This document shows positions 28,479 to 39,195 of a DNA stretch of 62,149 nt, piece after piece (positions within the stretch are counted from its first letter, which is position 1; each line of letters begins with the position of its first letter). The notes below the pieces were generated by a model that saw nothing but the letters and a program-made list of their open reading frames with translations, was not told the origin of the DNA and ran no database searches. The translations under genes and the position numbers were made by a program. Location of the stretch: sequence record SRR31156797_6875; one strand, written 5' to 3'.

Positions 28479-29185
28479 CCGCTCACCGCCTCTGTGTAGA
28501 CGTGCTCAAAATTCTCAAGTGTTGTACCTGATGTCGGGTTATTAAAAACAAGCTTACCACCTTTGATGATGCCAAGTCTCGAAGAGGCGTCGTACCCCTG
28601 CTTAATGTTATGTGTGACCATAATTATGGTATGTTTGTTATCGAAAAGCTCAGTAAGTATATTAGTAAGGATGCTGGATGCGTGTGTATCAAGCCCGGTA
28701 TAAGGCTCATCAAGGACAACAATGTCGGGGCTATGAAGGAGAGCTCTGGTTATTGAGAGCCTCTGAAGCATACCACGTGAATAACCTCTCACCTTGTCGT
28801 TGCGCCTTTTATAAAGCTCAACTTTGCTCATAAGCTCCTTGATGCGCTCATCTATATTCTTTACTCCGTAAAGGCTTGCGTAGAAACGTAAGTTCTCCAT
28901 GGCTGTCAGTTCAGAGTAAAGGAAGGGCTGATGAGAGATAACGCCGAATCTGCTGCGAAAATCGTCTTTGAGCTTTTTAAGCGGAATTCCTTCATACTTT
29001 ATTTCACCGGACGAAGGTGACGTCATAGTACATAAGAGTTTTAGAAAGGTTGATTTACCAGCACCATTGGGTCCAAAAATGCTGATGAATTCACCCTTGT
29101 CAAAAGTAACGGACACATCCTTAAGTGCGTGGATGTGTCCGTATTTTTTATTTACTTTGCTGAACTGAATAAGTGGTTCAGGCAT
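28475..29185 (-). CDS. ccmA: Heme exporter ATP-binding CcmA
   Basis: GPNGAGKST, YSRGMLQR and LDEPYTGLD motifs; between ccmF and ccmB. Confidence 0.9.
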   Translation of the reverse strand: MPEPLIQFSKVNKKYGHIHALKDVSVTFDKGEFISIFGPNGAGKSTFLKLLCTMTSPSSGEIKYEGIPLKKLKDDFRSRFGVISHQPFLYSELTAMENLRFYASLYGVKNIDERIKELMSKVELYKRRNDKVRGYSRGMLQRLSITRALLHSPDIVVLDEPYTGLDTHASSILTNILTELFDNKHTIIMVTHNIKQGYDASSRLGIIKGGKLVFNNPTSGTTLENFEHVYTEAVSG

Positions 29186-31088
29186 CTTTCTTTTTCCGTC
29201 CTGAGATGGCAAAGCCGCCACCTAATACCATTATAATACAGCCGAGCCAAATCCATGAGATGAGCGGCTGATAGACAACCTGTAGTCCTACATAGTTCTC
29301 CTGCTTGGAATAAGAGGAGAGGATGAGGTAGAGGTCGCCTTTGAGTGATGAGCTTATCGCCACCTCAGCAAAAGCCTCTTTATTCTTAGCGTAGAATCTT
29401 CTCTCAGGTCCGAGTGTGAAGAGTTTTTTGCCATCTTTAAAGACCTTTACAGGTGCGTACGCTGAGACATAGTTTTCTCTCTCAGTAAATCTAACTTCGG
29501 AAACTTCAAGTGTATAGTCTTTAAATTTAAAGCTCTCACCTGGAGCCACAACTTTATCAAGCTGAGAGTTATAGAAGGATGAAGCGATTATTCCGTATGC
29601 CATAAGCACAACACCTATGTGGACGAACATACCGCCGTAAAGTCTTCTGTTTTTAAGTATGAGTGACATACCGCCATTTTTAAAAGCTTTGAAATACTGA
29701 AGCTTAATAGTTACAAGCGAAAATGTTGTCATACCAGCGAGAACCATAGCCAGCGGGTTTTTAAAGCCGAGCACAAACATGCCAGCCATCATAAGCACAC
29801 AGAAGACCAGAGGAAGAAGAAGCTTCTTAGACAGGTCATTTGTCTTGCCGAATGAGAGCAGAGGCCCCATACCGCTTGCAAGGAGGATCAGCATGAAGAA
29901 AGGTGCTGAAACTTTATTGTAATAAGGGATACCAACTGTGATCTTATCAGGAAGGAAAATACCAGAGATAATAGGCATCATAGTTCCGATGATAATAACG
30001 AGTGTGAGCCCTACGAAAAGCCAGTTAGCGAGGAAGAACATACCCTCTCTTGAGGTGTAGTTAAATTCCTGATCGTCGTTCTCAGATAGCTTCTTGACCA
30101 TAGGTGCAATGTAGGCTAGGAAAACGATCGATGTGCCCACCATGAATACCAGAAAGAAGTATCCGAGTGAAGATTTCGAAAATGTGTGAACCGAGTCGAG
30201 GACACCACTTCTAGTGATGAAAGTACCGAACAGACACATCTGAAATGAGAGAAGTATAAGTATGTGCGACCATATCTTAAGCTTACCCTTACGCTCATAT
30301 ATAATAATAGAGTGAAGGAATGCTGTGGATGTGAGCCAAGGGAGCAGAGAAGCATTCTCTACAGGGTCCCAAGCCCAGTAACCGCCCCAGCCGAGCTCAA
30401 CATAAGCCCACTCACCGCCGAGTACAATACCGATAGTGAGGAATATCCACGTTATCATGGTCCATCTGCGAGTGTCAGTTGCCCAGAATACAGAAGTATC
30501 TTTGCTGACTAGAGCCGCAAAAGCGTGACCAACAACAACTGTGAAGCCCACGTACCCAAGGAAGAGTGTAGGCGGGTGATAGAGCATACCAGGGTTCTGG
30601 AGGAGCGGGTTCATACCCATTCCGTCCTGCGGGAAGAAGTCCAGCTCTTTGAAAGGACTAGTGACAAACACTGTAAGCACAAGGAAGAATGTAGCTGTTA
30701 AAGCAACAACTAAAAGAACTGCCGAGCGCTGTTTTGTGTCATAATTTTTTATACGGAAAATCTCAACAACTCCATACATGGTAACCAGCCAACCCCAGAA
30801 GAGGAGCGAACCAGCTTGTCCTGCCCACCAACCGCTGATCTTATAGATCATAGGGAGAGCTGTGTCTGTGTATTGAGCTACATATTCCATTTTGAAATAT
30901 CCGGTGGCAAGGGCGTAGATAAGCACCACTGATGCTAAACTCGCGAATGCCGCCTGAGCGATAAGAAACCAATCCGCCATCCTGCTATAAGATTTAGAAT
31001 TTGTCTGCATTGAATATAGATACATTGCAAATGCTGCCAGACCTGTAAAAAGTCCGAGCATCTGAAAAAGATTACCAACCTGTCCCAT
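29178..31088 (-). CDS. ccmF: Cytochrome c heme lyase CcmF
   Basis: WAGQAGSLLFW, GMNPLLQNPGMLYHPP, WAYVELGWGGYWAWDPVENAS and TRSGVLDSVH motifs. Confidence 0.97.
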   Translation of the reverse strand: MGQVGNLFQMLGLFTGLAAFAMYLYSMQTNSKSYSRMADWFLIAQAAFASLASVVLIYALATGYFKMEYVAQYTDTALPMIYKISGWWAGQAGSLLFWGWLVTMYGVVEIFRIKNYDTKQRSAVLLVVALTATFFLVLTVFVTSPFKELDFFPQDGMGMNPLLQNPGMLYHPPTLFLGYVGFTVVVGHAFAALVSKDTSVFWATDTRRWTMITWIFLTIGIVLGGEWAYVELGWGGYWAWDPVENASLLPWLTSTAFLHSIIIYERKGKLKIWSHILILLSFQMCLFGTFITRSGVLDSVHTFSKSSLGYFFLVFMVGTSIVFLAYIAPMVKKLSENDDQEFNYTSREGMFFLANWLFVGLTLVIIIGTMMPIISGIFLPDKITVGIPYYNKVSAPFFMLILLASGMGPLLSFGKTNDLSKKLLLPLVFCVLMMAGMFVLGFKNPLAMVLAGMTTFSLVTIKLQYFKAFKNGGMSLILKNRRLYGGMFVHIGVVLMAYGIIASSFYNSQLDKVVAPGESFKFKDYTLEVSEVRFTERENYVSAYAPVKVFKDGKKLFTLGPERRFYAKNKEAFAEVAISSSLKGDLYLILSSYSKQENYVGLQVVYQPLISWIWLGCIIMVLGGGFAISGRKKKDA

Positions 31089-31127
31089 CTTTTCTCCTAG
31101 ATAATAAAATTAAATACTGATATACAA

Positions 31128-31532
31128 TTAGCCTTCATCAACTTCTGTTTCATATTTTGACGGGCACTTAGTAAGAACCGTCGCAGCGTTAAAAACCTGT
31201 GCAGTCTGGTCGTAGCGACCTTCAACAATGACTTGTACATCTTCTTTGAAAGTATCAGGGATGATACCATTGTATATGACCTTCATGGATTCTCCATCAG
31301 TATCGGATATGTTGAATTCGAGGTACTGCTTTTTAAAATCCTTTACGATAGTACCTGTAACAACGTCACCACTGACACGCATGCCTTTTTTGTTAAACTT
31401 AACCGGGTCGTCAAGAACCTCAGAAACTTCAAGATAGTAAACAGACTCTTCACTGAAACCGGAAACCATGAGGTAGCCGATAGCGCCTGCGAATACAACC
31501 GCAGCTAATAAAATCTTCCAGGATTTACCCAT
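31128..31532 (-). CDS. ccmE: Heme chaperone CcmE, CxxxY (System I*) variant
   Basis: TM anchor, Y.GIIPDTF.E, and LTKCPSKY with Cys in place of the His of HxxxY. Confidence 0.93.
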   Translation of the reverse strand: MGKSWKILLAAVVFAGAIGYLMVSGFSEESVYYLEVSEVLDDPVKFNKKGMRVSGDVVTGTIVKDFKKQYLEFNISDTDGESMKVIYNGIIPDTFKEDVQVIVEGRYDQTAQVFNAATVLTKCPSKYETEVDEG

Positions 31533-31743
31533 AATTAATTACTCCTTCTCTACTGAGACATTTACAACCGAGTAAAGTTTTATGACACAGTAAAAATATT
31601 CTACAGTATCAAAAAAAAATGACAACTAGAAAAAATATCTTTTGATAATTATTTTCTTTAATGTTGGCAATTTAAAAGCATCACTAGAACTATGATGTAA
31701 AAAAATGATTGCTTTATCAAGAAAAAATTTATAAAGAATGTAA

Positions 31744-32484
31744 ATGGAAAATATATCAATACTAACAGCTCTGCTTGCCGGAGTACTATCATTTCTATCA
31801 CCTTGTGTGTTGCCGCTTCTGCCGGGATACCTTTCATTCATGTCCGGAGAGTCCATAGAGACGCTCTCCAAAGGGGATGTAAAGGCGGCGAGGCTTAAAG
31901 TTTTTCTCGGTGCGGTCTTTTTCGGGCTGGGGTTTATGCTCGTTTTTACTGCGCTTGGAGCATCCGCTACGCAGGTGGGAGCACTGCTGAAAAGTTATAA
32001 ACTTATTATTGGAAAAGTTGCAGGAGTTGTAATAATTATCCTCGGGCTACACATGATGGGGATTTTCCGCATTAATAAACTTCTCGTACAGAAGAAGTGG
32101 AACTATACTAACAAATCAGGAAAACCTTTCTATATTAACGCATTTCTTTTAGGGATAGCTTTTGTGTTCGGTTGGACGCCTTGCCTTGGACCTGTTCTCG
32201 CAGGTATTTTTGCACTCGCTGCTAGCGAGGATACTGTTTGGCAGGGGATAAAGCTTCTGCTTGCGTTTGGATTTGGTCTCTGGATACCATTTCTACTTTC
32301 AGCACTTGCTGTCGGCTTTGTTTTCAAGGCTATGCGTAAGGCTGGTAAGATCGTTATGGTTGTTGAGAAGACATCCGGACTTCTGCTTGTTGCTATCGGT
32401 TTGCTGATGACGACTAATAGCCTACAGACAGTTAGTGCTTACCTCGTTATGTGGTTCCCTTTCCTCGGCTCCATCAACTTCTGA
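31744..32484 (+). CDS. ccdA: CcdA-type thiol-disulfide membrane transporter
   Basis: GVLSFLSPCVLPL and FGWTPCLGP motifs; divergent from the ccm operon. Confidence 0.92.
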   Translation: MENISILTALLAGVLSFLSPCVLPLLPGYLSFMSGESIETLSKGDVKAARLKVFLGAVFFGLGFMLVFTALGASATQVGALLKSYKLIIGKVAGVVIIILGLHMMGIFRINKLLVQKKWNYTNKSGKPFYINAFLLGIAFVFGWTPCLGPVLAGIFALAASEDTVWQGIKLLLAFGFGLWIPFLLSALAVGFVFKAMRKAGKIVMVVEKTSGLLLVAIGLLMTTNSLQTVSAYLVMWFPFLGSINF

Positions 32485-32660
32485 TGCCAGCGGCATCTGG
32501 CGAGATGCAATGCTGGGATTATGTTCTGTAGCGCCTTGTTTGGCGCCTCGTTGTACTCGGCTGATGTTGTTGCTATAAAATTACATTAGGCGAATGAAAT
32601 GAGCCGCAAAACGAGGGACTAGGGGTTATTATCACAGTATAGTGATAAGCCGCTACGTGC

Positions 32661-33869
32661 TTACGTAGGCATGTTGGTGATGAGAGAGAAGATAGGTCCC
32701 ATAAGTCCGAGCATGATGATCAGCATGAATATACCTATGAAGCCGATGATGAGTGGTTCGATCATTTTCGAGATATTTGTGGCGATGTAGTCGACCTTGT
32801 AATAGTAGTAGTTTGCTACATTATCAAGCTGGGCATCGAGGTTACCTGTTTGCTCGCCTATGTTTACCATTCTCAGGATGACGCTTGGGTACATCTTTTG
32901 TTCGGCTAGAGCGGCGGAAAAAGACTTACCTACTGAGATCAGTTCACGTGAGTTTTCTATAGATTTCCTGTAAACAGAATTGGTTAGCGAATCTTCCATG
33001 ATGGATAGCGCCATGTATAGAGGTAGACCTGCGGATATCATAAGTCTGATGTATTCAGCTATAAAAGCGTAGTTGAAGTTCTTCACAATCGAGCCGAAAA
33101 TAGGGAGCTTTATAAGTAGTTTGTCGGTGAAGTATTTGTATTTCACATTAGATTTACGCAGTGCCTTGTGGGTTACAAAGCCTATTATCATTCCTGCTAG
33201 CATCTGAAACAGATAAGCCTGCATAAAGTTTGACATGCCCATAATAAAGCGAGTTGTAGGCGGAAGCTCTATCTGAAAAGATTTAAAAGCATCAATCATT
33301 TTAGGCATCACAACGACCAACCAGAAGATCATTGTAGCCATCATACCTACAAGAGCGAAAGATGGATATATGAGTGCTGACTTCGTTTTTGCAACAAGGT
33401 CTGTGATTTTCTTAAGATTGATCGCCGCATCGTTCAGTGTCTGGTCCAGCTGTCCTGTCTCTTCACCAATCCGCACAAGGTTAACCGTTATCGGTGAGAA
33501 CACTTTTTCGTGTTTTCCCATCGCTTTAGAAAGAGTTAGACCACTTTGCAGCCTGTGAGCAATATCCTCAAGAATAGCTTTAAGCTGCGGGTTGTCGGCA
33601 TCTTTTGCAAGGTCGTTAAGCGCAGTATTAATCGGAAGTCCGGCTTTAACAACCATATGCATGTTTTCTATTACTTCTATAATTTCCTGAGATTTTATCT
33701 TGGTCTTAGGTTTGAAGAAACGTGCGTAGGGTGGTAATTTTCTGATTGAAATAATATTTGCACCAAGTGCATTAAGATAATCGGCTACATCTTCATTGTC
33801 GTCAACCTCGACAGTCTTTTTAACTTTCTTACCATTTTCATCTATAACGGTTACTGAGTATATCTGCAT
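32661..33869 (-). CDS. Type IV pilus/T2SS inner-membrane platform protein (PilC/GspF/MshG)
   Basis: Two GE.TG.LD repeats, ALIYP, EPLII. Confidence 0.92.
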   Translation of the reverse strand: MQIYSVTVIDENGKKVKKTVEVDDNEDVADYLNALGANIISIRKLPPYARFFKPKTKIKSQEIIEVIENMHMVVKAGLPINTALNDLAKDADNPQLKAILEDIAHRLQSGLTLSKAMGKHEKVFSPITVNLVRIGEETGQLDQTLNDAAINLKKITDLVAKTKSALIYPSFALVGMMATMIFWLVVVMPKMIDAFKSFQIELPPTTRFIMGMSNFMQAYLFQMLAGMIIGFVTHKALRKSNVKYKYFTDKLLIKLPIFGSIVKNFNYAFIAEYIRLMISAGLPLYMALSIMEDSLTNSVYRKSIENSRELISVGKSFSAALAEQKMYPSVILRMVNIGEQTGNLDAQLDNVANYYYYKVDYIATNISKMIEPLIIGFIGIFMLIIMLGLMGPIFSLITNMPT

Positions 33870-33870
33870 A

Positions 33871-35541
33871 TTAAATAGCCACTCTAAGTATCTCTTCCGG
33901 TGTGGTTATTCCATTTATAATCTTTATGAGACCAGATTCAAGAATGGGTATCATCCCATTATTAACTGCTTTGTTGAATATTGTGAGAGGTGTGGCGCCT
34001 GTGACTATTAGCTCGCCGATTTCCTGATCTATGTCTAGGAGTTCGCTGATGACCCCCCTGCCTGAGTAGCCGGTATTTTTGCAGAGGTCGCACCCCTTCC
34101 CTTTCTGATAGGTGATTTCACCTGTAGGAGAGTAGCCGTGCTTGACGAACATCTCTTCAGGTATCCCTTTGTCTATAAGCTCCGGAATGCTGTCGGTCGC
34201 TTCCTCACGGCAGAAGAGGCAGGTTTTGCGTATAAGTCTCTGAGCGAGGATTCCGCCGACACCAGATGCGATCATATAGTCCTTGATATTCATCTCCATA
34301 AGCCTTGGAATAGCTGTCACAGCGTCGTTAGTGTGCAGTGTGGAGAGCACAAGGTGCCCGGTGATCGCTGCACGCAGAGCCATCTCAGAGGTCTCCTCGT
34401 CACGCATCTCGCCAAGGAGGATAACATCCGGGTCTTGTCTGAGGAACGCCCTCATGGCACGTGCAAATGTGTAACCCGCTTTAGTATTAAGCTGTGTCTG
34501 CTTGATGAAAGGGAACTTATATTCTATAGGGTCCTCCGCTGTAAGTATCTTACGTTGGAGTGAATTTATCTTTCTAAGTGAGGCGTAGAGTGTTGTTGTT
34601 TTACCTGAGCCGGTAGGACCTGTCACAAGCAGTATCCCGTGCGGTTTTTTTAGCTGTTTGGCAAGTCTGGCTTCAGTATCAGACTCGAAGCCGAGGCTCT
34701 CAAGGTTAAATAATGACACGTTTTTGGTGAGGATACGAAGGACTATACCCTCGCCGTAGGAAGTCGGGATTGTAGATACCCTGATGTCAAAGTCCTCATC
34801 GAAAAAAGTGTGACTCATAGATCCGTCCTGCGGTAGCCTCTGCTCCGCTATATCCATGCTGGATAAGATTTTTATCCTTGATGAGAGAGCGGAGTGCACT
34901 TCCTGAGGGAAGGCGTAATAGTGGCGCAGGATGCCGTCGATTCTGAAAAATATATGCGTTGCAATATCTTCCGGTGAGATGTGGATATCTGTAGCACGGT
35001 TGATGATCGCACTGTTCATAAGCAGTTCTAAAAGCTGTGGCAGGTCATTTGTGAGACCGGAAGCCATAGCCTTTTCGACCATTTTATTTATCTCATCATC
35101 TATAGGTTTCTCAAGTAAAAAGTAGTTGATTTCGATGTTTTTAAGTATCGTTTCCTTGTCAGAAACATAAACCTCAACAGGCTTGCCAGCTTTGCGCTGT
35201 AGAATGTCTATAGTATTGATGTTAAACGGGTCTGCTAGTGCCACAACAAGCTTTTCCGGTTTGTTTTTGATAGGTATCATCTCGAGCTGTTTCGCAACGT
35301 GCCTGTCGAAAAGCTTCAGAGCCTCTTTGCTCGGCGGCTGTTCGTTAATATCGAGGAAAGGTTTGCCTGACTGTTTCGCAACAACCAGGGCTATCTCCCT
35401 CGGTGAAACGAAAGAAAGCTCAATGAGAATCTCGCCGAGAAGCATGTTTTTAATCTTTTTAACTTCGAGCGCAACCTGAATCTGCTCTTCTGTTACGTAT
35501 CCCGACTCTTTTAGTAGTTGACCAACTGTCTTTTTTGCCAT
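33871..35541 (-). CDS. Pilus/T2SS extension ATPase (PilB/GspE/MshE) with degenerate MshEN N-terminus
   Basis: GPTGSGKTTTLY, EDPIEY, LRQDPD, TGHLVLSTLHTN, two CxxC motifs, and GYSGR. Confidence 0.94.
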   Translation of the reverse strand: MAKKTVGQLLKESGYVTEEQIQVALEVKKIKNMLLGEILIELSFVSPREIALVVAKQSGKPFLDINEQPPSKEALKLFDRHVAKQLEMIPIKNKPEKLVVALADPFNINTIDILQRKAGKPVEVYVSDKETILKNIEINYFLLEKPIDDEINKMVEKAMASGLTNDLPQLLELLMNSAIINRATDIHISPEDIATHIFFRIDGILRHYYAFPQEVHSALSSRIKILSSMDIAEQRLPQDGSMSHTFFDEDFDIRVSTIPTSYGEGIVLRILTKNVSLFNLESLGFESDTEARLAKQLKKPHGILLVTGPTGSGKTTTLYASLRKINSLQRKILTAEDPIEYKFPFIKQTQLNTKAGYTFARAMRAFLRQDPDVILLGEMRDEETSEMALRAAITGHLVLSTLHTNDAVTAIPRLMEMNIKDYMIASGVGGILAQRLIRKTCLFCREEATDSIPELIDKGIPEEMFVKHGYSPTGEITYQKGKGCDLCKNTGYSGRGVISELLDIDQEIGELIVTGATPLTIFNKAVNNGMIPILESGLIKIINGITTPEEILRVAI

Positions 35542-35677
35542 TGTTTGCCTTGAATATTAACTTGTTTGATAAAATGTTAGCGTAAATCTCCCTAAGTTTA
35601 AAGCTAAATATATTCATTATTTGCGCAGGTCATTTATATAGTGTAAGATTATCAAAAATGCGTGAAGGGCAGGGCAG

Positions 35678-37483
35678 ATGGAGATCAGCAAGAATATCTA
35701 TCTTTTATTGGACAATATTATCAAGGTCACAATCTTTGTTCTCAAAGAGCTGACAGACTATATCCGCACTGACCCGATCTCTTTCTTTTTAACTCTCAGT
35801 GTGGCTTTTATCGGCTATATCATTCTGAATGTTTATAAAATGATAGTCTCCAGAAAGGCGGTCAGTCTTAAAATGGAGATTATAATTTATGTTTTGTCAC
35901 CATTTATCTTCATCCTTTTCACTTATTATGCCGTTCAGATAGACAGCAGGAATCCGCTTTTTATCTTATTGAATTATCTAGGTTTTTTCTGGCTGGCTGG
36001 TGCGCTTATGCGTGTGCCTTCCAAGTATTTTGATATAAAGACTAAGCTGCAGTACGCTCCGGCACTGCTTTTCATATCTATCGCACTTGTGCTGTCTGTT
36101 TATGTGGACGTTTCTACAATATATTCCGGTACTTACGTGAAAGAGCTTAAGGGAGTTTTTACTCTCGCACAGGGTACATCCAAAGTTCTGATGGTGCTGG
36201 GTATATTTATCTATATGAAAGGTGTGCTCCCGCAGGCTGTAAAAATGCTTATGGAGCATTACCCACGTTTTGCCATGTTTGCGACCCTGGCTAGGATGAT
36301 GATGCTCGCCTATCTTGCAGTATCATGCCTTTGGGTATTTAACATTATCACTCTGGATTTCAGGGCTGTGATGGCTATGGCGCTTCTTGTTATGCTGGTG
36401 GCTCTCCTCTCATACACTCAGCATAAGGCGAAGTCACGTATGGAGTTCATATATAATAAGAATCTTTACACTGAGCTTGAGTGGGCACAGCTTACTAAAT
36501 ATATGTCTCGTTTTGTTTTTGTAGTGTTTGTTTATCTGTATTATATACTTGTTTATAACGCTCTTAATATGAGTGATGTACTTGAAAAGCTGGATCATAT
36601 ATATCTGTTTGAGACTAAATTATTTTCACTATCAGTATTAAGCCTGATATCTGCATTCTTTATATTTGTTTTCCTGAAAAGTTTACTCTTTCTTTTTACT
36701 AAATACCTGCGTGCAATGTTTGAGGATAAGGCTCTTGCGGATGATACAGATTCACTTGAGATCATAGTTTATAATCTTGGGCTACTGCTCGTTTTTATGG
36801 CTACGATGCTTCAGATAGGTATTACGTGGCAGATAGTTGTACCTATAGCTGGTGCGCTCGGTATAGGTATAGGTTTCGGCTTACAGTCGGTTATCAATAA
36901 TTATATATGCGGATTTATCCTGTTGTTTTCAAAAAAGATCAGGATAGGCGATTTTGTGGAGCTTCCCGGTTCAGCCGGCGGGATTGTTGGCGTAGAATCT
37001 AACACAGTCTTCGGGCGGGTGGTTTCGATAGATATGTTTGCGACGACCGTGCAGACCTACGACAATATTGAGATAATGGTTCCGAATTCTGTTTTCATAT
37101 CTGATACAATTATTAATTATACCAGAAGTGATAAATATATACGTGTGCGTGTCCCGATTGGGATAGCCTATTCTTCTGATATAGAACTAGCACAGAAGCT
37201 TATGCGTGAGGCGATAGATGAGTGCGATCATGTTGTTAAGTGGAAGGGGAATGATATCTGGTTTATGGGCTATGGCGACAGCTCTCTCGATTTTACTGTA
37301 CTCTTCTGGCTGAACATGTCAAAAGGGCTGCAGATAGCTTCTGTTAAGAATGTTTTTTTAACGTCCCTCTGGCATAAATTTCAAGAACATGGTATAGAAA
37401 TCCCGTTTCCACAACAAGATGTATGGTTCAGAAACGAACTTCATACGGCTGATAAACAGGACATTAAGGAGAATAATAAATGA
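35678..37483 (+). CDS. MscS-family mechanosensitive channel with extended TM N-terminus
   Basis: GALGIGIGFGLQ..INN, IRIGD, VPNS, GIAYSSD and GIEIPFPQQD motifs. Confidence 0.9.
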   Translation: MEISKNIYLLLDNIIKVTIFVLKELTDYIRTDPISFFLTLSVAFIGYIILNVYKMIVSRKAVSLKMEIIIYVLSPFIFILFTYYAVQIDSRNPLFILLNYLGFFWLAGALMRVPSKYFDIKTKLQYAPALLFISIALVLSVYVDVSTIYSGTYVKELKGVFTLAQGTSKVLMVLGIFIYMKGVLPQAVKMLMEHYPRFAMFATLARMMMLAYLAVSCLWVFNIITLDFRAVMAMALLVMLVALLSYTQHKAKSRMEFIYNKNLYTELEWAQLTKYMSRFVFVVFVYLYYILVYNALNMSDVLEKLDHIYLFETKLFSLSVLSLISAFFIFVFLKSLLFLFTKYLRAMFEDKALADDTDSLEIIVYNLGLLLVFMATMLQIGITWQIVVPIAGALGIGIGFGLQSVINNYICGFILLFSKKIRIGDFVELPGSAGGIVGVESNTVFGRVVSIDMFATTVQTYDNIEIMVPNSVFISDTIINYTRSDKYIRVRVPIGIAYSSDIELAQKLMREAIDECDHVVKWKGNDIWFMGYGDSSLDFTVLFWLNMSKGLQIASVKNVFLTSLWHKFQEHGIEIPFPQQDVWFRNELHTADKQDIKENNK

Positions 37484-39195
37484 GATATAGCAAGTATTTT
37501 ATCCCGACACTTAGAGAAGTTCCGGCGGATGCAGAGGTTGTAAGCCACCAGCTTATGGCTAGAGCGGGGATGATCAAAAAGCTCGCATCAGGAATTTACA
37601 GCTACCTCCCTTTAGGGGTTGTAATGATCAGAAAAGTGGAGGAGATAGTACGCAAATGCCTTAACGAAGCTGACGCTATAGAGCTTACAATGCCGTCTAT
37701 CCAGCCTGCTGAACTGTGGCAGGAATCAGGAAGATGGGATTTTTACGGAAAGGAGCTTCTTAGGATAAAAGACAGACACAACAGAGATTTCTGTTACGGT
37801 CCCACACACGAAGAGGTTATCACTGACATCATTAAGAGCTACATAACATCATATAAAGCACTCCCGATAAACCTTTATCAGATACAGACAAAATTCCGTG
37901 ACGAAGTTCGCCCTAGGTTTGGTCTTATGCGTGGGCGTGAGTTTGTTATGAAGGATGCTTACTCATTTGATATGGACGATGCCGGAGCGAACATCAGCTA
38001 TCAGAAGATGTACGATGCTTACTGTAATATTTTCGAGACACTCGGTCTTAAATATAAAACTGTCGAGGCGGATAGTGGCGCAATCGGCGGATCATACTCC
38101 CACGAGTTTATGGTTCTCGCTGAAACCGGCGAAGATTTTGTGATCAGTTGTGACAGCTGTGATTACTCGGCAAACGTTGAGAAGGCGCCTGTAAAGGTTG
38201 ATACTGTCGCATATGACGGTGAGATGAAAGATAACGAGGATGTTGAAACGCCAAATGCTAAATCTGTTGATGATGTAGCGAAAATGCTCGACATACCTTC
38301 TGATACTGTGCTTAAGACGATGGTTCTCAACGTTGATGATAAGTTTGTAGCTATCTGCGTGAGAGGTAACCATGAGCTGAACCTTGCTAAGGTGAAGAAC
38401 TTTTTCGATGCATCAGTTGTTGATTTCGCCACACCGGCAGAAATCTATGACAATACTGGCGGCGGAACAGCCGGTTCAATAGGTCCTGTTGGTCTTGAGA
38501 TCCCTGTTTACGCTGATCACGCTGTTGAAGCTATGGGTAATTATTGTGCAGGTGCGAATAAAAAAGGTATGCACAAGATAAATGTTAACCATGGAAAAGA
38601 CTACACTTTTGAAGCTGTAAGTGATTTCAGAAACGCAGAAATAGGCGACACTTGCTGTGCATGCGGAGGAAAATATGAAATTACTAAAGGAATCGAGGTT
38701 GGACATATTTTCAAGCTTGGTACAAAATATTCATCATCAATGAATGCAATGTATCTCGATAAAGATGGAAAGAGAAAGCCTTTTGTGATGGGATGTTACG
38801 GCATCGGTATCACAAGAGTTGTCGCTGCTGCGATCGAACAGAACCACGACGAAAAGGGAATTAAATGGCCTGTGGATCTCGCTCCATTTCAAATTTCTGT
38901 CCTTCCACTTGCAATGAAGGATAAAGATGTTGTGGAAACTGCCGAAAGTATATATAAGAGCCTTTCAGAAAAGGGAATTGAGGTTCTGCTTGACGACAGG
39001 GACGAAAGAGCCGGAGTCAAGTTTAACGATGCTGAGCTTATTGGTATTCCATTGCGTGTCGTAGTGGGCAAAAAGGCTCTTGCACAAGGGAAAATTGAAG
39101 TTGTTTGCAGGGCAACAGGTGAGTCTTCAGAGATAGACATCGACGGTGCAGTTGATTCTATAGTTGAAAAACTTAATGAAATGGCTGGTAAATAA
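37480..39195 (+). CDS. proS: Proline-tRNA ligase (bacterial type with editing domain)
   Basis: GPTHEE, KFRDEVRPRFGLMRGREF.MKDAYSF, GIEVGHIFKLG and MGCYGIG motifs. Confidence 0.98.
   Translation: MRYSKYFIPTLREVPADAEVVSHQLMARAGMIKKLASGIYSYLPLGVVMIRKVEEIVRKCLNEADAIELTMPSIQPAELWQESGRWDFYGKELLRIKDRHNRDFCYGPTHEEVITDIIKSYITSYKALPINLYQIQTKFRDEVRPRFGLMRGREFVMKDAYSFDMDDAGANISYQKMYDAYCNIFETLGLKYKTVEADSGAIGGSYSHEFMVLAETGEDFVISCDSCDYSANVEKAPVKVDTVAYDGEMKDNEDVETPNAKSVDDVAKMLDIPSDTVLKTMVLNVDDKFVAICVRGNHELNLAKVKNFFDASVVDFATPAEIYDNTGGGTAGSIGPVGLEIPVYADHAVEAMGNYCAGANKKGMHKINVNHGKDYTFEAVSDFRNAEIGDTCCACGGKYEITKGIEVGHIFKLGTKYSSSMNAMYLDKDGKRKPFVMGCYGIGITRVVAAAIEQNHDEKGIKWPVDLAPFQISVLPLAMKDKDVVETAESIYKSLSEKGIEVLLDDRDERAGVKFNDAELIGIPLRVVVGKKALAQGKIEVVCRATGESSEIDIDGAVDSIVEKLNEMAGK

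Noticed and set aside
31665-31680. TGGCAATTTAAAAGCA as a sigma54 promoter for ccdA
   Set aside because: Spacing fits but the TT before GC is missing, and the region is very AT-rich; too weak to call.
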